From a virus (lineage: Duplodnaviria > Caudoviricetes), in IMG/VR virus record IMGVR_UViG_3300033493_000013, positions 1 to 28,015 of that record: a stretch of DNA of 28,015 bases. One strand, given 5' to 3'. The position numbers and the translations under genes are program-made. The notes beneath the pieces are model-generated. The model was given only the letters and a program-made list of their open reading frames with translations, was not told where the DNA came from and searched no databases. How positions within the stretch are numbered: the first letter of the stretch is position 1; each line of letters starts with the position of its first letter. This document shows, piece by piece, positions 16,787-26,258 of this stretch.

Positions 16787-17625
16787 AGGCCGCCAGTCAA
16801 GCGCTAAAAGACCTCCTCGCAAGCGGCCAGGTTTACCTGGCCGATCTGTTCACCATCACGCTGAGCAGCGGCCAAGTGCTGCGCTTCACCTCGGGCGATG
16901 CGGCCATCAAATTCGCCGGAAACGAATATGCCAGCGTGCCGATTAAGCGTGGTGGGCTCACCGAGAAAACGGGCCTGGAAGTGGCCACGCTGGAAGTCGC
17001 GCTGTACCAGGACGGCGCATCGCTCGACCTCGACTTCCTGCGGGACCTGACGGGCGGGCTACTGGACGGCGCGCGTGTCGTGCTGGAGACGGCGGTGATG
17101 GGGCAATACGGCGACACCTCGCCCGGCACGGTCAAGCGCTTTTTCGGCGCGGTGGCCGACGTTTCGTTCGGTCGCACCGAGATCCGGATGACCGTGAAAA
17201 GCGACGCGCAGATACTCGACACCCAAATCCCGCGCAACGTCTACCAAGCCGCTTGCTTGCATACGCTGTTCGACACCGGCTGCGGCCAGGCCGCCGCGGC
17301 CATGGAGGTGACCGGCGCCATCTCCGGCACCAGCACCCGCATGAGCCTGGCTACCAATCTAACCGAAGCCGCTGGCTATTTCGATCAGGGCTCGATCCGC
17401 TTCACCGGCGGCCAGAACGCCGGGCTGTCCTACACCATAAAGAGCCACGCGGCTGGTGGCGGGCTGGACATGCTGCGGCCCACGTTATACGCCCCGGCCA
17501 TCGGCGACACCTTCGTCGCGCTACCGGGCTGCGACAAGTCTCAAGCCACCTGCACCGAGAAGTTCGCCAACCTGGGCGCGTTTCGTGGCTACCCGTTCGT
17601 GCCGCCGCCGGAGACCCCGTACTGA
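16783..17625 (+). CDS. Baseplate hub protein (DUF2163/BR0599-type)
   Basis: YQAACLHTLFDTGC and PGCDKSQATCTEKFANLGAFRGYPFVP Cys motifs. Confidence 0.88.
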   Translation: MKAASQALKDLLASGQVYLADLFTITLSSGQVLRFTSGDAAIKFAGNEYASVPIKRGGLTEKTGLEVATLEVALYQDGASLDLDFLRDLTGGLLDGARVVLETAVMGQYGDTSPGTVKRFFGAVADVSFGRTEIRMTVKSDAQILDTQIPRNVYQAACLHTLFDTGCGQAAAAMEVTGAISGTSTRMSLATNLTEAAGYFDQGSIRFTGGQNAGLSYTIKSHAAGGGLDMLRPTLYAPAIGDTFVALPGCDKSQATCTEKFANLGAFRGYPFVPPPETPY

Positions 17626-18065
17626 TGGCCGCCACCGAAACCCAAGAGCGCATTGTCGCCGAGGCGCGCAAGTGGCTGGGCACGCCGTACCATCATCAAG
17701 CGGACGTAATCGGCGCGGGCTGCGACTGCGCCATGCTGCTCGCGCGTGTCTATCATGCCGTTGGGCTGATACCCGCCGTTGACCCCCGGCCTTATCCGCG
17801 TGACTGGCACCTGCATCGTGATGAGGAGCGCTACCTCGGCTGGGTCAAGCAGTATTGCCGGCCGGTCAAGGGAGAGCCTAAGCCCGGCGACCTGGTGCTC
17901 TATCGTGTTGGCCGGTGTTATTCGCACGGTGCCATCGTGGTCGAGTGGCCAATGATTATCCATGCCTACATGGATGAGCGCGCTGTTGTGCTGGGCCGCT
18001 ACGACGCCGGCCGGCTGGCCGGGCGCGACTGGCAGGCTTGGCGCGTGAAGGCGGCGCGTAAATGA
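17625..18065 (+). CDS. NlpC/P60 tail-associated peptidase
   Basis: EARKWLGTPYHHQA...GCDCAMLL...PGDLVLY...SHGAI...IIHA. Confidence 0.9.
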   Translation: MAATETQERIVAEARKWLGTPYHHQADVIGAGCDCAMLLARVYHAVGLIPAVDPRPYPRDWHLHRDEERYLGWVKQYCRPVKGEPKPGDLVLYRVGRCYSHGAIVVEWPMIIHAYMDERAVVLGRYDAGRLAGRDWQAWRVKAARK

Positions 18066-21000
18066 GCGGCCTGTTCGGCGGCGCCAGCCTAGACAGCAGC
18101 CTCTCCCCGGCGCCGCTGACCGCGTTGCGGGTGCAGACATCGTCTTATGGGTTGCCCATTCCCATCATCTATGGCCGAGGTCGCATATCCGGCAATCTGA
18201 TCTGGTACGGCGACTTCGCCAAACACGAGCAGCAACAGGCCGGAGGCAAGGGGGGCGGTGGTGGCGTAACTGGCTATACCTATTCGGCCTCGGTCTTGTT
18301 GTCGCTGTGCGAAGGCCCAATCCAGTCGATTCCGGCGGTCTGGTCGCAGAAGGACAAAAAGACCCTGGCCGACTTCGGCTACACGCTGTTTACTGGCGCA
18401 TCTCCCCAATCGGCCTGGGGGTACCTGGAAACCAAGCATGGGGCGTTGCCGGCTACGGCCGGCGCTCCGGCCGTACCGGAGAGCACCGCCACCGATGGCG
18501 AAGGCAACGTGATTATCGTGCCGGCGCAAGAGGCCACGCAGGCAGCGCCGGCACAGGCAACGCAAGCGCTCTGTTACGCGGGCAATGCTTATATAGCAAA
18601 AGCCGATGCGGATCTCGGCAGCGATGCCTCGATGCCGATGGACTCGTTCGAGGTTGCCGGTCTGCTGCCATTCTCCGAGACCATACCCGACGCCAGCATG
18701 GCCGCCGTGCTGAGCGACATACTGACCAACCATAAGTATGGTCTACAGTTCCCGACCGAATGGCTGGGCGACCTTGTGCCCTATGCCGATGCTTGCGCGG
18801 CCTATGGCCTGTTCTATAGCCCGATCCTCAACGAGGCGCGGCCGGCACGCGACTATATCACCGACTGGCTCAAGGCGAGCCATGCGGAGGCGGTGTGGTC
18901 AGATGGCAAGCTCAAAATCGTCAGCTACTTCGATGAGCCGGCCGCCGGCAACGGCCACACCTTCACGCCGAATATCGCGCCGGTCGCCGACCTGGACGAC
19001 GATGATTTTCTGCCCGACTCGGGCGACCCGGTCAAGATCGAACGTATCGCCCACGTCGATGCTTACAACGCCATCCGTGTCGAATTCTTGAACCGGGCAA
19101 CCGATTATGCGGCTGACATAGCCGAGGCCAAAGACCAGGCCGGCATTGAGTGCAACGGCTACCGGCCGGCGCCAACGGTTAGGGCGCACGAAATCTGCGA
19201 CGCCAGCGTGGCCGCGCGCATGGCGCAAGTGCTGCTGCAGCGCTTGCAGGTGGTGCGCAATACCTACCAGTTCAAGCTGGGCATGCGGCACATGCTGCTC
19301 GAACCGATGGACATCGTCACCATCACCGATGCCGGCCTTGGCCTCTACCTCCATCCGGTGCGCATCGCGGCGCTAGCCGACGACGGAAACGGCAATATCA
19401 GCGTCGACGCGGAGGATTTTGTCGCGGGTGCTGTTGCGGCGCGCAGCTATCCGGTGCAGCTCAACAGCGGCTACACCCTGTCGCGCGGCATGTCACCTGG
19501 GCCACTCAATGCCCCGGCGCTGTTCGAGCCGCCGGTAAGCTACCTTACCGATGCGCTCGAGGTATGGATGGGCATCTCCGGTGCCAGCGCTGCGTGGGGC
19601 GGCTGCGAGGTATGGGCCAGCTATGATAACGTCACCTATGCCAAGGTGGGTGACATCACCAAGGCGGCCGGGCAGGGCATCTTGTCTCAACCCCTACCCA
19701 TCGGCGCCGACCCGGACACGATTAACACGCTCAAAATCAACGTCGCCGGCAGCCGTGCCACCTTCGAGACCGTGCCGCAAGAATACGTTGATACCCTCGC
19801 CTCGCTGCTGTGGGTCGATGGCGAGATGATCGCCTATCGCGATGCCACCCTTACCGGGCAAAACGCTTACACGCTCGGCTATCTGCGGCGAGGTGGCAAA
19901 GGCAGCTTCATCTCTGGCCATGTGGCCGGCTCGCAATTCGTGCGTGTCGATGACGCGATTTTCAAACTCAAGATACCGGCCAACCGTGCGGGCACCCGGA
20001 TATGGCTCAAGTTCCGCAGCCACAACATCCTGGGCGGCGGCTGGCGCGACTTGGCCACATGCGATGCCTACCATTACGACATCGCGGGCCTCACGGCCCT
20101 GGCTCCCGGCAACCTCACAGTCACCCTGCGCTACGAGAACGGCGTCGTCGCCCGCTTCGCTTGGGACCCGTCAGACAGCAGCGTTACCACCGAATTCCTG
20201 GTGCGCTATCGCATGACCCTCACCGCCGAGGGCGGCGTGCCAACCGATGGCGGATGGCGCTACCTGCCGGCCATCAAGCAAGTGGCCTATGCGGACTTCC
20301 GCGATTTAATCCACGGCGCAACTTATGAGTTCGCCGTGGCCGGCAGCGCCGGCACGGCAAATTGGGGCGAAGGAACCAGCGCCTACGTTAGCATCGTGCG
20401 GCAGGTGTACTTCGTCATGGCCTTGCGCAAGCCGCTCGAACCCAAGCTGTGGGCGCATACCGACGGTGAGGGCCATCTCACCAGCGCCAGGGTATCCATG
20501 CGGTTTGACACCACCGCCGCCGAGCCAATTCGCCCGACGGCGCTATGCATCATGTACTCGATTAGCGACGAAGAAAACGCCATCCCAGTCAGCGGCGGGG
20601 TTGGGCCATCGCTGCAAATCACCGGCGGGGAGGTCGTGGCGCAGGGCACGCACCCCATTCTGGCCGGGTCGAGTGTTGGGCGAATTGAAGTCACCACGGC
20701 CGCGCAGCCCTTGGCGCAGGGGTTGACAGACCTCGGCCGGTTTTGGGGGTGGTACGGCACGTCGCAATGGCGCCAGCTAACCGGTTACGACAGCACGGCC
20801 TGCCTGTTCGATCCGCCATTCGACATCGCGCCAACCGTTGGAGGCACCCTCAACTGGGTGCAGCTTGCGTGGTTTGACGAGCGGGGCAATGCGTACAGCG
20901 GGGAATTCAAGCTGGGCGTGCTGACCGATGGGGTCAGCTATGAGGTCGTGCGCTGGACCATGGTTTCTCAAACCGGGCCAGACTTCTACCTATCCAGCGT

Positions 21001-21271
21001 AGAGCGAGGCGTGGAAGGCACGCCGGTGATGAATGCCGATGGGCTCAAGATCGCCTATTTCCCGGCACCTGGGCCGGGCACATCGATCGTCCAAGTGCCC
21101 ATGGCCGCGTTCGCCGAAAGCAACGGCCAATTCATCGCCGATACCAATCTCGATGTGCGCATCAATGCCGGGCAATACAGCTCCTGGAGTTGCTGCACTT
21201 TTTCGATTGTCGATGGGGTTGTCTTCCGGTCGCCCATTGTGCCGCTGACCTTTGCGGGGTACCTATCGTGA
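18062..21271 (+). CDS. Tail tip / host-specificity protein (megatron/gpJ-like) with Fn3-like domain
   Basis: VQTSSYGLPIPIIYGRGRISGNLIW, GGKGGG, LCEGPI, LEPMDIV, YLRRG; Fn3-like APGNL...FAWD...YEFAVAG. Confidence 0.88.
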   Translation: MSGLFGGASLDSSLSPAPLTALRVQTSSYGLPIPIIYGRGRISGNLIWYGDFAKHEQQQAGGKGGGGGVTGYTYSASVLLSLCEGPIQSIPAVWSQKDKKTLADFGYTLFTGASPQSAWGYLETKHGALPATAGAPAVPESTATDGEGNVIIVPAQEATQAAPAQATQALCYAGNAYIAKADADLGSDASMPMDSFEVAGLLPFSETIPDASMAAVLSDILTNHKYGLQFPTEWLGDLVPYADACAAYGLFYSPILNEARPARDYITDWLKASHAEAVWSDGKLKIVSYFDEPAAGNGHTFTPNIAPVADLDDDDFLPDSGDPVKIERIAHVDAYNAIRVEFLNRATDYAADIAEAKDQAGIECNGYRPAPTVRAHEICDASVAARMAQVLLQRLQVVRNTYQFKLGMRHMLLEPMDIVTITDAGLGLYLHPVRIAALADDGNGNISVDAEDFVAGAVAARSYPVQLNSGYTLSRGMSPGPLNAPALFEPPVSYLTDALEVWMGISGASAAWGGCEVWASYDNVTYAKVGDITKAAGQGILSQPLPIGADPDTINTLKINVAGSRATFETVPQEYVDTLASLLWVDGEMIAYRDATLTGQNAYTLGYLRRGGKGSFISGHVAGSQFVRVDDAIFKLKIPANRAGTRIWLKFRSHNILGGGWRDLATCDAYHYDIAGLTALAPGNLTVTLRYENGVVARFAWDPSDSSVTTEFLVRYRMTLTAEGGVPTDGGWRYLPAIKQVAYADFRDLIHGATYEFAVAGSAGTANWGEGTSAYVSIVRQVYFVMALRKPLEPKLWAHTDGEGHLTSARVSMRFDTTAAEPIRPTALCIMYSISDEENAIPVSGGVGPSLQITGGEVVAQGTHPILAGSSVGRIEVTTAAQPLAQGLTDLGRFWGWYGTSQWRQLTGYDSTACLFDPPFDIAPTVGGTLNWVQLAWFDERGNAYSGEFKLGVLTDGVSYEVVRWTMVSQTGPDFYLSSVERGVEGTPVMNADGLKIAYFPAPGPGTSIVQVPMAAFAESNGQFIADTNLDVRINAGQYSSWSCCTFSIVDGVVFRSPIVPLTFAGYLS

Positions 21272-22446
21272 CCGATCTGACAGCCCCCGTTGGGCGGCAC
21301 GCAATCGGCACGCAGTTCGCCACGCCCGCCGCGCCAGACCCGGCCACCGTGCCGGCGGTGCCGACAGGCAGGCCATCGGAAGCCAGCCTGAAAATCATGC
21401 AGGGGATCGTTAGCGATCTATCCAGAAAACTCGGCGATTTGCAAAAGGCCGTGAGCCTCAAAGTGGATCGAGACCGAATCCTATCTGGAATCTGGGTTAC
21501 GCCAGAAGATGTCTTGATTGCTAGCGAAAAAGTGTCTGTGGTCGGCGATGTCACATTCGCGGATTGGCAGCGCGATATATCCGGTCAGGCCATCGGCGGC
21601 GTCGCGCCGAGCATTACTCGTATCCGCGGCGGCGTAATACAAACCGAAAAGATATTGAGTTTCGATGAGCTGAGTTATATCGACCTCGATGCAGCCGGCG
21701 CGGACATCTTCATCCGCTCGCATGATTCGGTACTGATCGCGGCCGATGGCAGCTTCAGCTTCGGCGCACCTGGCAAGGCCTTGACCTGGAACAATGTGGA
21801 CTTGTCCATTGGCAACAATGTGCTGCTTGGCTCGACCGCGGTGGGCACGGTGGTGGCGGGCGCGAATATGGGGGCACAGTATCCGGGAGACTTCACCGCC
21901 TCGATACTTAGCAACAGCGGCACCCAAATTCAGGGGTACGCGAATACGCTATTCAAATTCGTGAATGGTGTGAATGAGTTGGATATCGGAGCTGGCGGCC
22001 TATTTGCCGTGTACAACGGAGTGACGACATTCGCGCTTAACACATCCACAGGTAGCGCGAGTTATGGCGGCGATGTTAGCACGTTCGGTGTTGCATCGTT
22101 TTTTGGCGGGACTACACCAAACGGAAGCGGCGGGTATTGCGGCGTGCGTGTTGCTGGCAATGCGCACGGGATTGATGTGTCTGCGTCGGGCGGTTATTCG
22201 GCGGCCATCTTGAAGAATCTATCCGGTGGGACGGCGCTCGATCTATTCGGCAGCATGAATGTCAACGGGGTTCAGGTATTCGATGGCGGCGGAAACCTGA
22301 AAGCAGTCAATCAGAACCTCGTCACCAACCTAAACGCAGACATGCTGGATGGTTACCACGCCAGCAGCGTAGTTCTGCGCAACCAAGTCGATGTTGAAGT
22401 TTCCACAGACGGCGGCGCGACATGGGCGCCAGTCAGGTTTAGATAA
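21268..22446 (+). CDS. Putative central fibre / receptor-binding protein
   Basis: GTGA overlap with upstream stop; short coiled coil, Gly-rich beta repeats, VTNLNADMLDG motif. Confidence 0.7.
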   Translation: MTDLTAPVGRHAIGTQFATPAAPDPATVPAVPTGRPSEASLKIMQGIVSDLSRKLGDLQKAVSLKVDRDRILSGIWVTPEDVLIASEKVSVVGDVTFADWQRDISGQAIGGVAPSITRIRGGVIQTEKILSFDELSYIDLDAAGADIFIRSHDSVLIAADGSFSFGAPGKALTWNNVDLSIGNNVLLGSTAVGTVVAGANMGAQYPGDFTASILSNSGTQIQGYANTLFKFVNGVNELDIGAGGLFAVYNGVTTFALNTSTGSASYGGDVSTFGVASFFGGTTPNGSGGYCGVRVAGNAHGIDVSASGGYSAAILKNLSGGTALDLFGSMNVNGVQVFDGGGNLKAVNQNLVTNLNADMLDGYHASSVVLRNQVDVEVSTDGGATWAPVRFR

Positions 22447-22455
22447 GGGACGAAC

Positions 22456-22617
22456 ATGAATAAAGATGAATTGCTTGCGCTGCTCGCTCGGCATCTAACC
22501 GACAACATGGGCAACAGGATTACGCAGGCCCTGGCCAATGGTCTGCTGTTAGAGATCGGCCGGGCTATCGAGCTGGCCCAGCCACCAGCCGCTGAAACGG
22601 AATCCGTCAAGGAGTAA
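22456..22617 (+). CDS. Small hypothetical protein (53 aa; possible fibre chaperone)
   Basis: Not in ORF track; SD AAGGGA, MNKDELLALLARHLTDNMGNRITQALANGLLLEIGRAIELAQPPAAETESVKE*; fills the intergenic gap. Confidence 0.75.
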   Translation: MNKDELLALLARHLTDNMGNRITQALANGLLLEIGRAIELAQPPAAETESVKE

Positions 22618-22619
22618 CC

Positions 22620-24728
22620 ATGTTCAGCACACAACAACAACTCGATGCGCTCAACACCAGGCTGGATGCGGTGGCGGCGGCCGTGGTGGGAAACAGCCAG
22701 CCGGGCTTGCTATATGCGCTGGTCGGGTCACATGTGGTGTTCGGCTGCAAGATCGTCGCGCCTGGGTTATCGGGTCTGGGCATGGTGTTGGCGCTCGATG
22801 GCCAGGCCGCGGGCGACGAGGCCAACCTGAACCCCGATGTCCAACCCACGCCGGCACGGCCTGAGGAATACCCGAACATCGCCAACGTTTACGGTAGCGT
22901 GCTGCTGCTGCTCAACAAGAATAAGACCACCTTACAAGATGCGGCACTCACCGTGCAGGTCGCTCCGGCAACCGGCTACCACCGTTACGACATTGCGTTT
23001 TGCTATGTTGGCACCGCTGGCCCGGCAGTTGGCATTGCCCAGGGTGCGCCGGTGCTCAACGCCAGCACGCCGGTTGACCCCAGCCTGCCGCATGGAGTGC
23101 TGCCGCTGGCCCGCGTGCATGTGCAGGCCGGCGTGACTGCCATCACTGCCGCCGACCTGACGGACCTGCGCACCTTCACCGGCCGGTTGAAGGGGGAGAC
23201 TGGCGCAACGGGTGCAACGGGTGCCACCGGCGCAACGGGTGCAACGGGCGCGGCTGGGGCAGACGGTAAGACCTGGCACAACGGCAGCGGGGCGCCGTCT
23301 GACGGCACGGGTGTGAACGGCGACTTCTACCTGGACACGACGGCCGATGCCTACTACGGCCCAAAGGCCGGCGGAACATGGGTCGGCACCGGCCCCACCT
23401 CGCTGATCGGGGCAACCGGCGCCACCGGGCCTGCCGGCGTAGACGGCATCAACGCCGGCCTCAATTACGCCTGGAACACCGCCACCACCGGCGACCCGGG
23501 CAGCGGCAAGGTGCTGGGCAACAATGCCACCTATGCCAGCATCACCCAAATCAACATCAGCAAGACCGACGCGAACGCCGCCGCCATGGCCACGGTGCTG
23601 GCCCGGTGGGGCGCCAGCACCACCAGCGGCGACAAGGGCGTGCTGCGCATCGTCGACGTGGCCAACCGCGCCAACTTCGTTGAGCTGAAAGTCACCGCTG
23701 CCCCCACCGATGCCGGCACCTACCAGACCGTGCCGGTTGCCCACCTGGCCAGCAATGGCACCCTCGCCAATGCTGCCAGCGTGTCGGTGGAGTTCGAGCG
23801 CAGCGGCGACAAGGGCACGGATGGGGCAGGGGCGGGGGATGTGGTGGGGCCGGCGTCGGCCACCAACAACAGCCCGGCCTTGTTTGATGGCACCACCGGC
23901 AAGCTGCTGAAGGACAGCGGGCTTAGCCTGTCAGGTACCAATACCGGCGACGAAACCACCACCACAATCGGCGCGCTGATTAATGGCGCAACCGACAAGG
24001 CCACGCCGGTCGATGCCGATCTTGTCGGCTTGGTGGACAGTGCGGGCGGCAATGTGCTGAAAAAGTTGAGTTGGGCCAACATCAAGGCCACGCTCAAGAC
24101 GTACTTCGACACGCTGTACGCCGCCATCGCATCCAACAACACCTTCACGGCAGCACAGCGCGGCAGCTACACGGCGCTGACCGATGCCGCCACCATCTCG
24201 ATCAACCTGGCGGCAAACAACTTCTTCAGCGTCTTGCTCGGCGGCAACCGCACGCTGGATGTGCCGACCAACATCGTGCAGGGGCAAAACGGCCAGATCG
24301 ACGTTTACCAGGACGGCACCGGATCTCGCTCGCTGGCCTATGCCTGGCCTTATCAGTTTGCCAGCGGCACCGCGCCCACCTTATCGACCGGGAAATACAC
24401 CAAGGACATACTCGCCTATTCGGTGATGGTCTACGCGCAGTCAACCGTCACCGTCACCATCGCCACGCCCGGTGTGGTGTCATGGACGGCGCACGGGCTG
24501 AAAGGCGGGCAGCGGGTGCAGTTTGCAACCACCGGGGCGCTGCCGACCGGCCTGGCAGCCAGCACCAGTTACTACGTCATCCCTGTCGATGCAAACAGCT
24601 TCCAGCTCGCCACCAGCCTGGCCAACGCCCAGGCCGGCACGGCCATTGCCACCAGCGGCACGCAGTCCGGCACGCACACGTTGACAGCGGTCACGATTGT
24701 GATTTCTGCGCTAGGCGGGGTGGCGTGA
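22620..24728 (+). CDS. Side tail fibre with collagen-like segments
   Basis: SD AAGGAG; Gly-X-Y runs, GVNGDFYLDT, GDVVGPASATNN...FDGTTGKLLKDS, QDGTGSRSLAY modules typical of phage fibres. Confidence 0.85.
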   Translation: MFSTQQQLDALNTRLDAVAAAVVGNSQPGLLYALVGSHVVFGCKIVAPGLSGLGMVLALDGQAAGDEANLNPDVQPTPARPEEYPNIANVYGSVLLLLNKNKTTLQDAALTVQVAPATGYHRYDIAFCYVGTAGPAVGIAQGAPVLNASTPVDPSLPHGVLPLARVHVQAGVTAITAADLTDLRTFTGRLKGETGATGATGATGATGATGAAGADGKTWHNGSGAPSDGTGVNGDFYLDTTADAYYGPKAGGTWVGTGPTSLIGATGATGPAGVDGINAGLNYAWNTATTGDPGSGKVLGNNATYASITQINISKTDANAAAMATVLARWGASTTSGDKGVLRIVDVANRANFVELKVTAAPTDAGTYQTVPVAHLASNGTLANAASVSVEFERSGDKGTDGAGAGDVVGPASATNNSPALFDGTTGKLLKDSGLSLSGTNTGDETTTTIGALINGATDKATPVDADLVGLVDSAGGNVLKKLSWANIKATLKTYFDTLYAAIASNNTFTAAQRGSYTALTDAATISINLAANNFFSVLLGGNRTLDVPTNIVQGQNGQIDVYQDGTGSRSLAYAWPYQFASGTAPTLSTGKYTKDILAYSVMVYAQSTVTVTIATPGVVSWTAHGLKGGQRVQFATTGALPTGLAASTSYYVIPVDANSFQLATSLANAQAGTAIATSGTQSGTHTLTAVTIVISALGGVA
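23193..23267 (+). repeat. Collagen-like Gly-X-Y coding repeat
   Basis: GETGATGATGATGATGATGAAGADG; 9-nt unit GGYGCMACS. Confidence 0.9.
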
Positions 24729-25474
24729 TGATTCCGGGCTCACGGCATAGCCTACTATTTCAGGGCGGGCGATATATTCCGAACGCCTCTAAATTCGACG
24801 GAACGAATGACGTATTAGAGAAGGCTACCGACTTTACCGGCAGTGCCGATGGACCTTATGGGCTAGCTTACATACTAGTTCGCTTTGATGACGTTACGAC
24901 AGCCCAAACGATATTGACAAATAACGGCAGGACGTTCGAGGTATGGATAGGCGCAGACAGTAAATTGCACGTTCACACCCAAGATGCGGCCGGCACGTCT
25001 ATTTATCAATTCAAGTCAACCAGTTCTTTTAGCTTGCGCAGCATGTTCTACCGGCTGCTTGTTATGTGGCAAACCACGGCTGCTGCCGGAGCCAGGCTTT
25101 CGCAAATCTATATAGACGATGTTGCCGACACAACTGTGATCGAGACAGACACTGGCGGGGCAGGATTCAGCATCGATTACACGCAAGGGTATTGGGCTGT
25201 CGGCGGTTATGGAACTGCATCTAGAGCAAATGCGGCGTTATCGGAAATTTACCTGAATATTGCTACGAATCTTGATTTCACAAACCAATCAAACCGCAGA
25301 AAATTCATCGACTCGAATGCAAATTCGATTAGCTTGGGCGCGAACGGAGAACTGCCAACTGGATCATCCCCAATTCTGTACCTAAAAGACCCGTATACCA
25401 GCTACGGGACGAATTACGGAACTGGTGGGAATCTAACAATAACCGGCGCACTTGCCGCCGACGCGTTTGTTTGA
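24728..25474 (+). CDS. Putative receptor-binding / lectin-like (LamG-like) tail protein, low GC
   Basis: TGATG coupling to the fibre gene; SKFDGTND, IYIDDV, LSEIYL beta-sandwich-like pattern; clearly AT-richer codons. Confidence 0.7.
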   Translation: MIPGSRHSLLFQGGRYIPNASKFDGTNDVLEKATDFTGSADGPYGLAYILVRFDDVTTAQTILTNNGRTFEVWIGADSKLHVHTQDAAGTSIYQFKSTSSFSLRSMFYRLLVMWQTTAAAGARLSQIYIDDVADTTVIETDTGGAGFSIDYTQGYWAVGGYGTASRANAALSEIYLNIATNLDFTNQSNRRKFIDSNANSISLGANGELPTGSSPILYLKDPYTSYGTNYGTGGNLTITGALAADAFV

Positions 25475-25482
25475 GGTGTCTT

Positions 25483-25860
25483 ATGTTCATTCGTAATGGT
25501 CAATCATTTAACATATACGATCAACACGAAATAGACGGTGTGACCTATCCGCGCGGGTTCTTCAACACGCCGGAGATTCGTGCCGAATTCGGCATCACCG
25601 AGCAGCCAGACCCTGCGCCTCAGCCGGTTGTTGTAACGGCCGTGACCGCGCTTCAAGGCTTGTTGGCAATCGAGGCCGCCGGCCTGGCTGACGCATATAT
25701 GGCCTGGGCAAACGACCCGGCCCGCACATTCGCAGAACGTGCCTTCATCGACAAGGCCGCAGTATGGCGGCGCGACGACCCCGTGCTGCTGGCCGGGGCT
25801 GCCGCGCTCGGCTTGAACGCCGCGCAGATCGATGCAATGTATGCGGCGGCGGCGGTATGA
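25483..25860 (+). CDS. Tail-fibre-associated hypothetical protein
   Basis: SD GAGGT; VTALQGLLAI...WRRDDPVL..GAAALGL..AQIDAMY pattern seen in genes that follow fibres. Confidence 0.7.
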   Translation: MFIRNGQSFNIYDQHEIDGVTYPRGFFNTPEIRAEFGITEQPDPAPQPVVVTAVTALQGLLAIEAAGLADAYMAWANDPARTFAERAFIDKAAVWRRDDPVLLAGAAALGLNAAQIDAMYAAAAV

Positions 25861-26126
25861 CACAAGCAGACGAAGAACTGGCCGAGCTGCGCCGGGCGCA
25901 TGACATCGACGCCGCAGCGGACAAGGCCGTGCGCATGGTTTTTGCAGTGATCGATGTCGACATCGACAACCCCGATAGCGTTGCGGAATTCCGCGACGAC
26001 CTGCGGTTCGGCCGCAAGATGCGCAAGATGGCCGACCACGGCACCCTAGCCATAATTGGCCTGCTGATTTTTGGCTTGGGCACTGCGCTGTGGGCGGGCA
26101 TTTCGGTCAAGCTCAAGGGGTTATAG
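25857..26126 (+). CDS. Single-TM membrane protein (holin/antiholin candidate)
   Basis: ATGA overlap; acidic N-terminus, basic RFGRKMRK, hydrophobic LAIIGLLIFGLGTALWAGISV. Confidence 0.75.
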   Translation: MTQADEELAELRRAHDIDAAADKAVRMVFAVIDVDIDNPDSVAEFRDDLRFGRKMRKMADHGTLAIIGLLIFGLGTALWAGISVKLKGL

Positions 26127-26128
26127 GC

Positions 26129-26257
26129 GTGTGTCTTTGCGCCACCTGCGCCTTCGACAACGCCCGCGAATGCCGGTGCGACAAGGGGCAGGCCACGCAT
26201 CCGCGGGCGACGCGGTGTTTCTTTTATCTGCCAATCGGGCAGGCCGAAGGGGGTTAG
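26129..26257 (+). CDS. Cys-rich microprotein (42 aa)
   Basis: Not in ORF track; GTG start, MCLCATCAFDNARECRCDKGQATHPRATRCFFYLPIGQAEGG*; 2-nt and 1-nt gaps to flanking genes. Confidence 0.5.
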   Translation: MCLCATCAFDNARECRCDKGQATHPRATRCFFYLPIGQAEGG

Positions 26258-26258
26258 T

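Noticed and set aside
24071-24727. 5' part of the 467-aa ORF 24071-25474, or a frameshift fusion with the fibre
   Set aside because: Arg/His-rich off-frame translation overlapping the fibre gene; a clean TGATG restart at 24728 explains it, and I saw no slippery site.
21268-25860. Diversity-generating retroelement or invertible fibre cassette
   Set aside because: No reverse transcriptase, invertase, template/variable repeat pair or inverted fibre fragments seen in the window.
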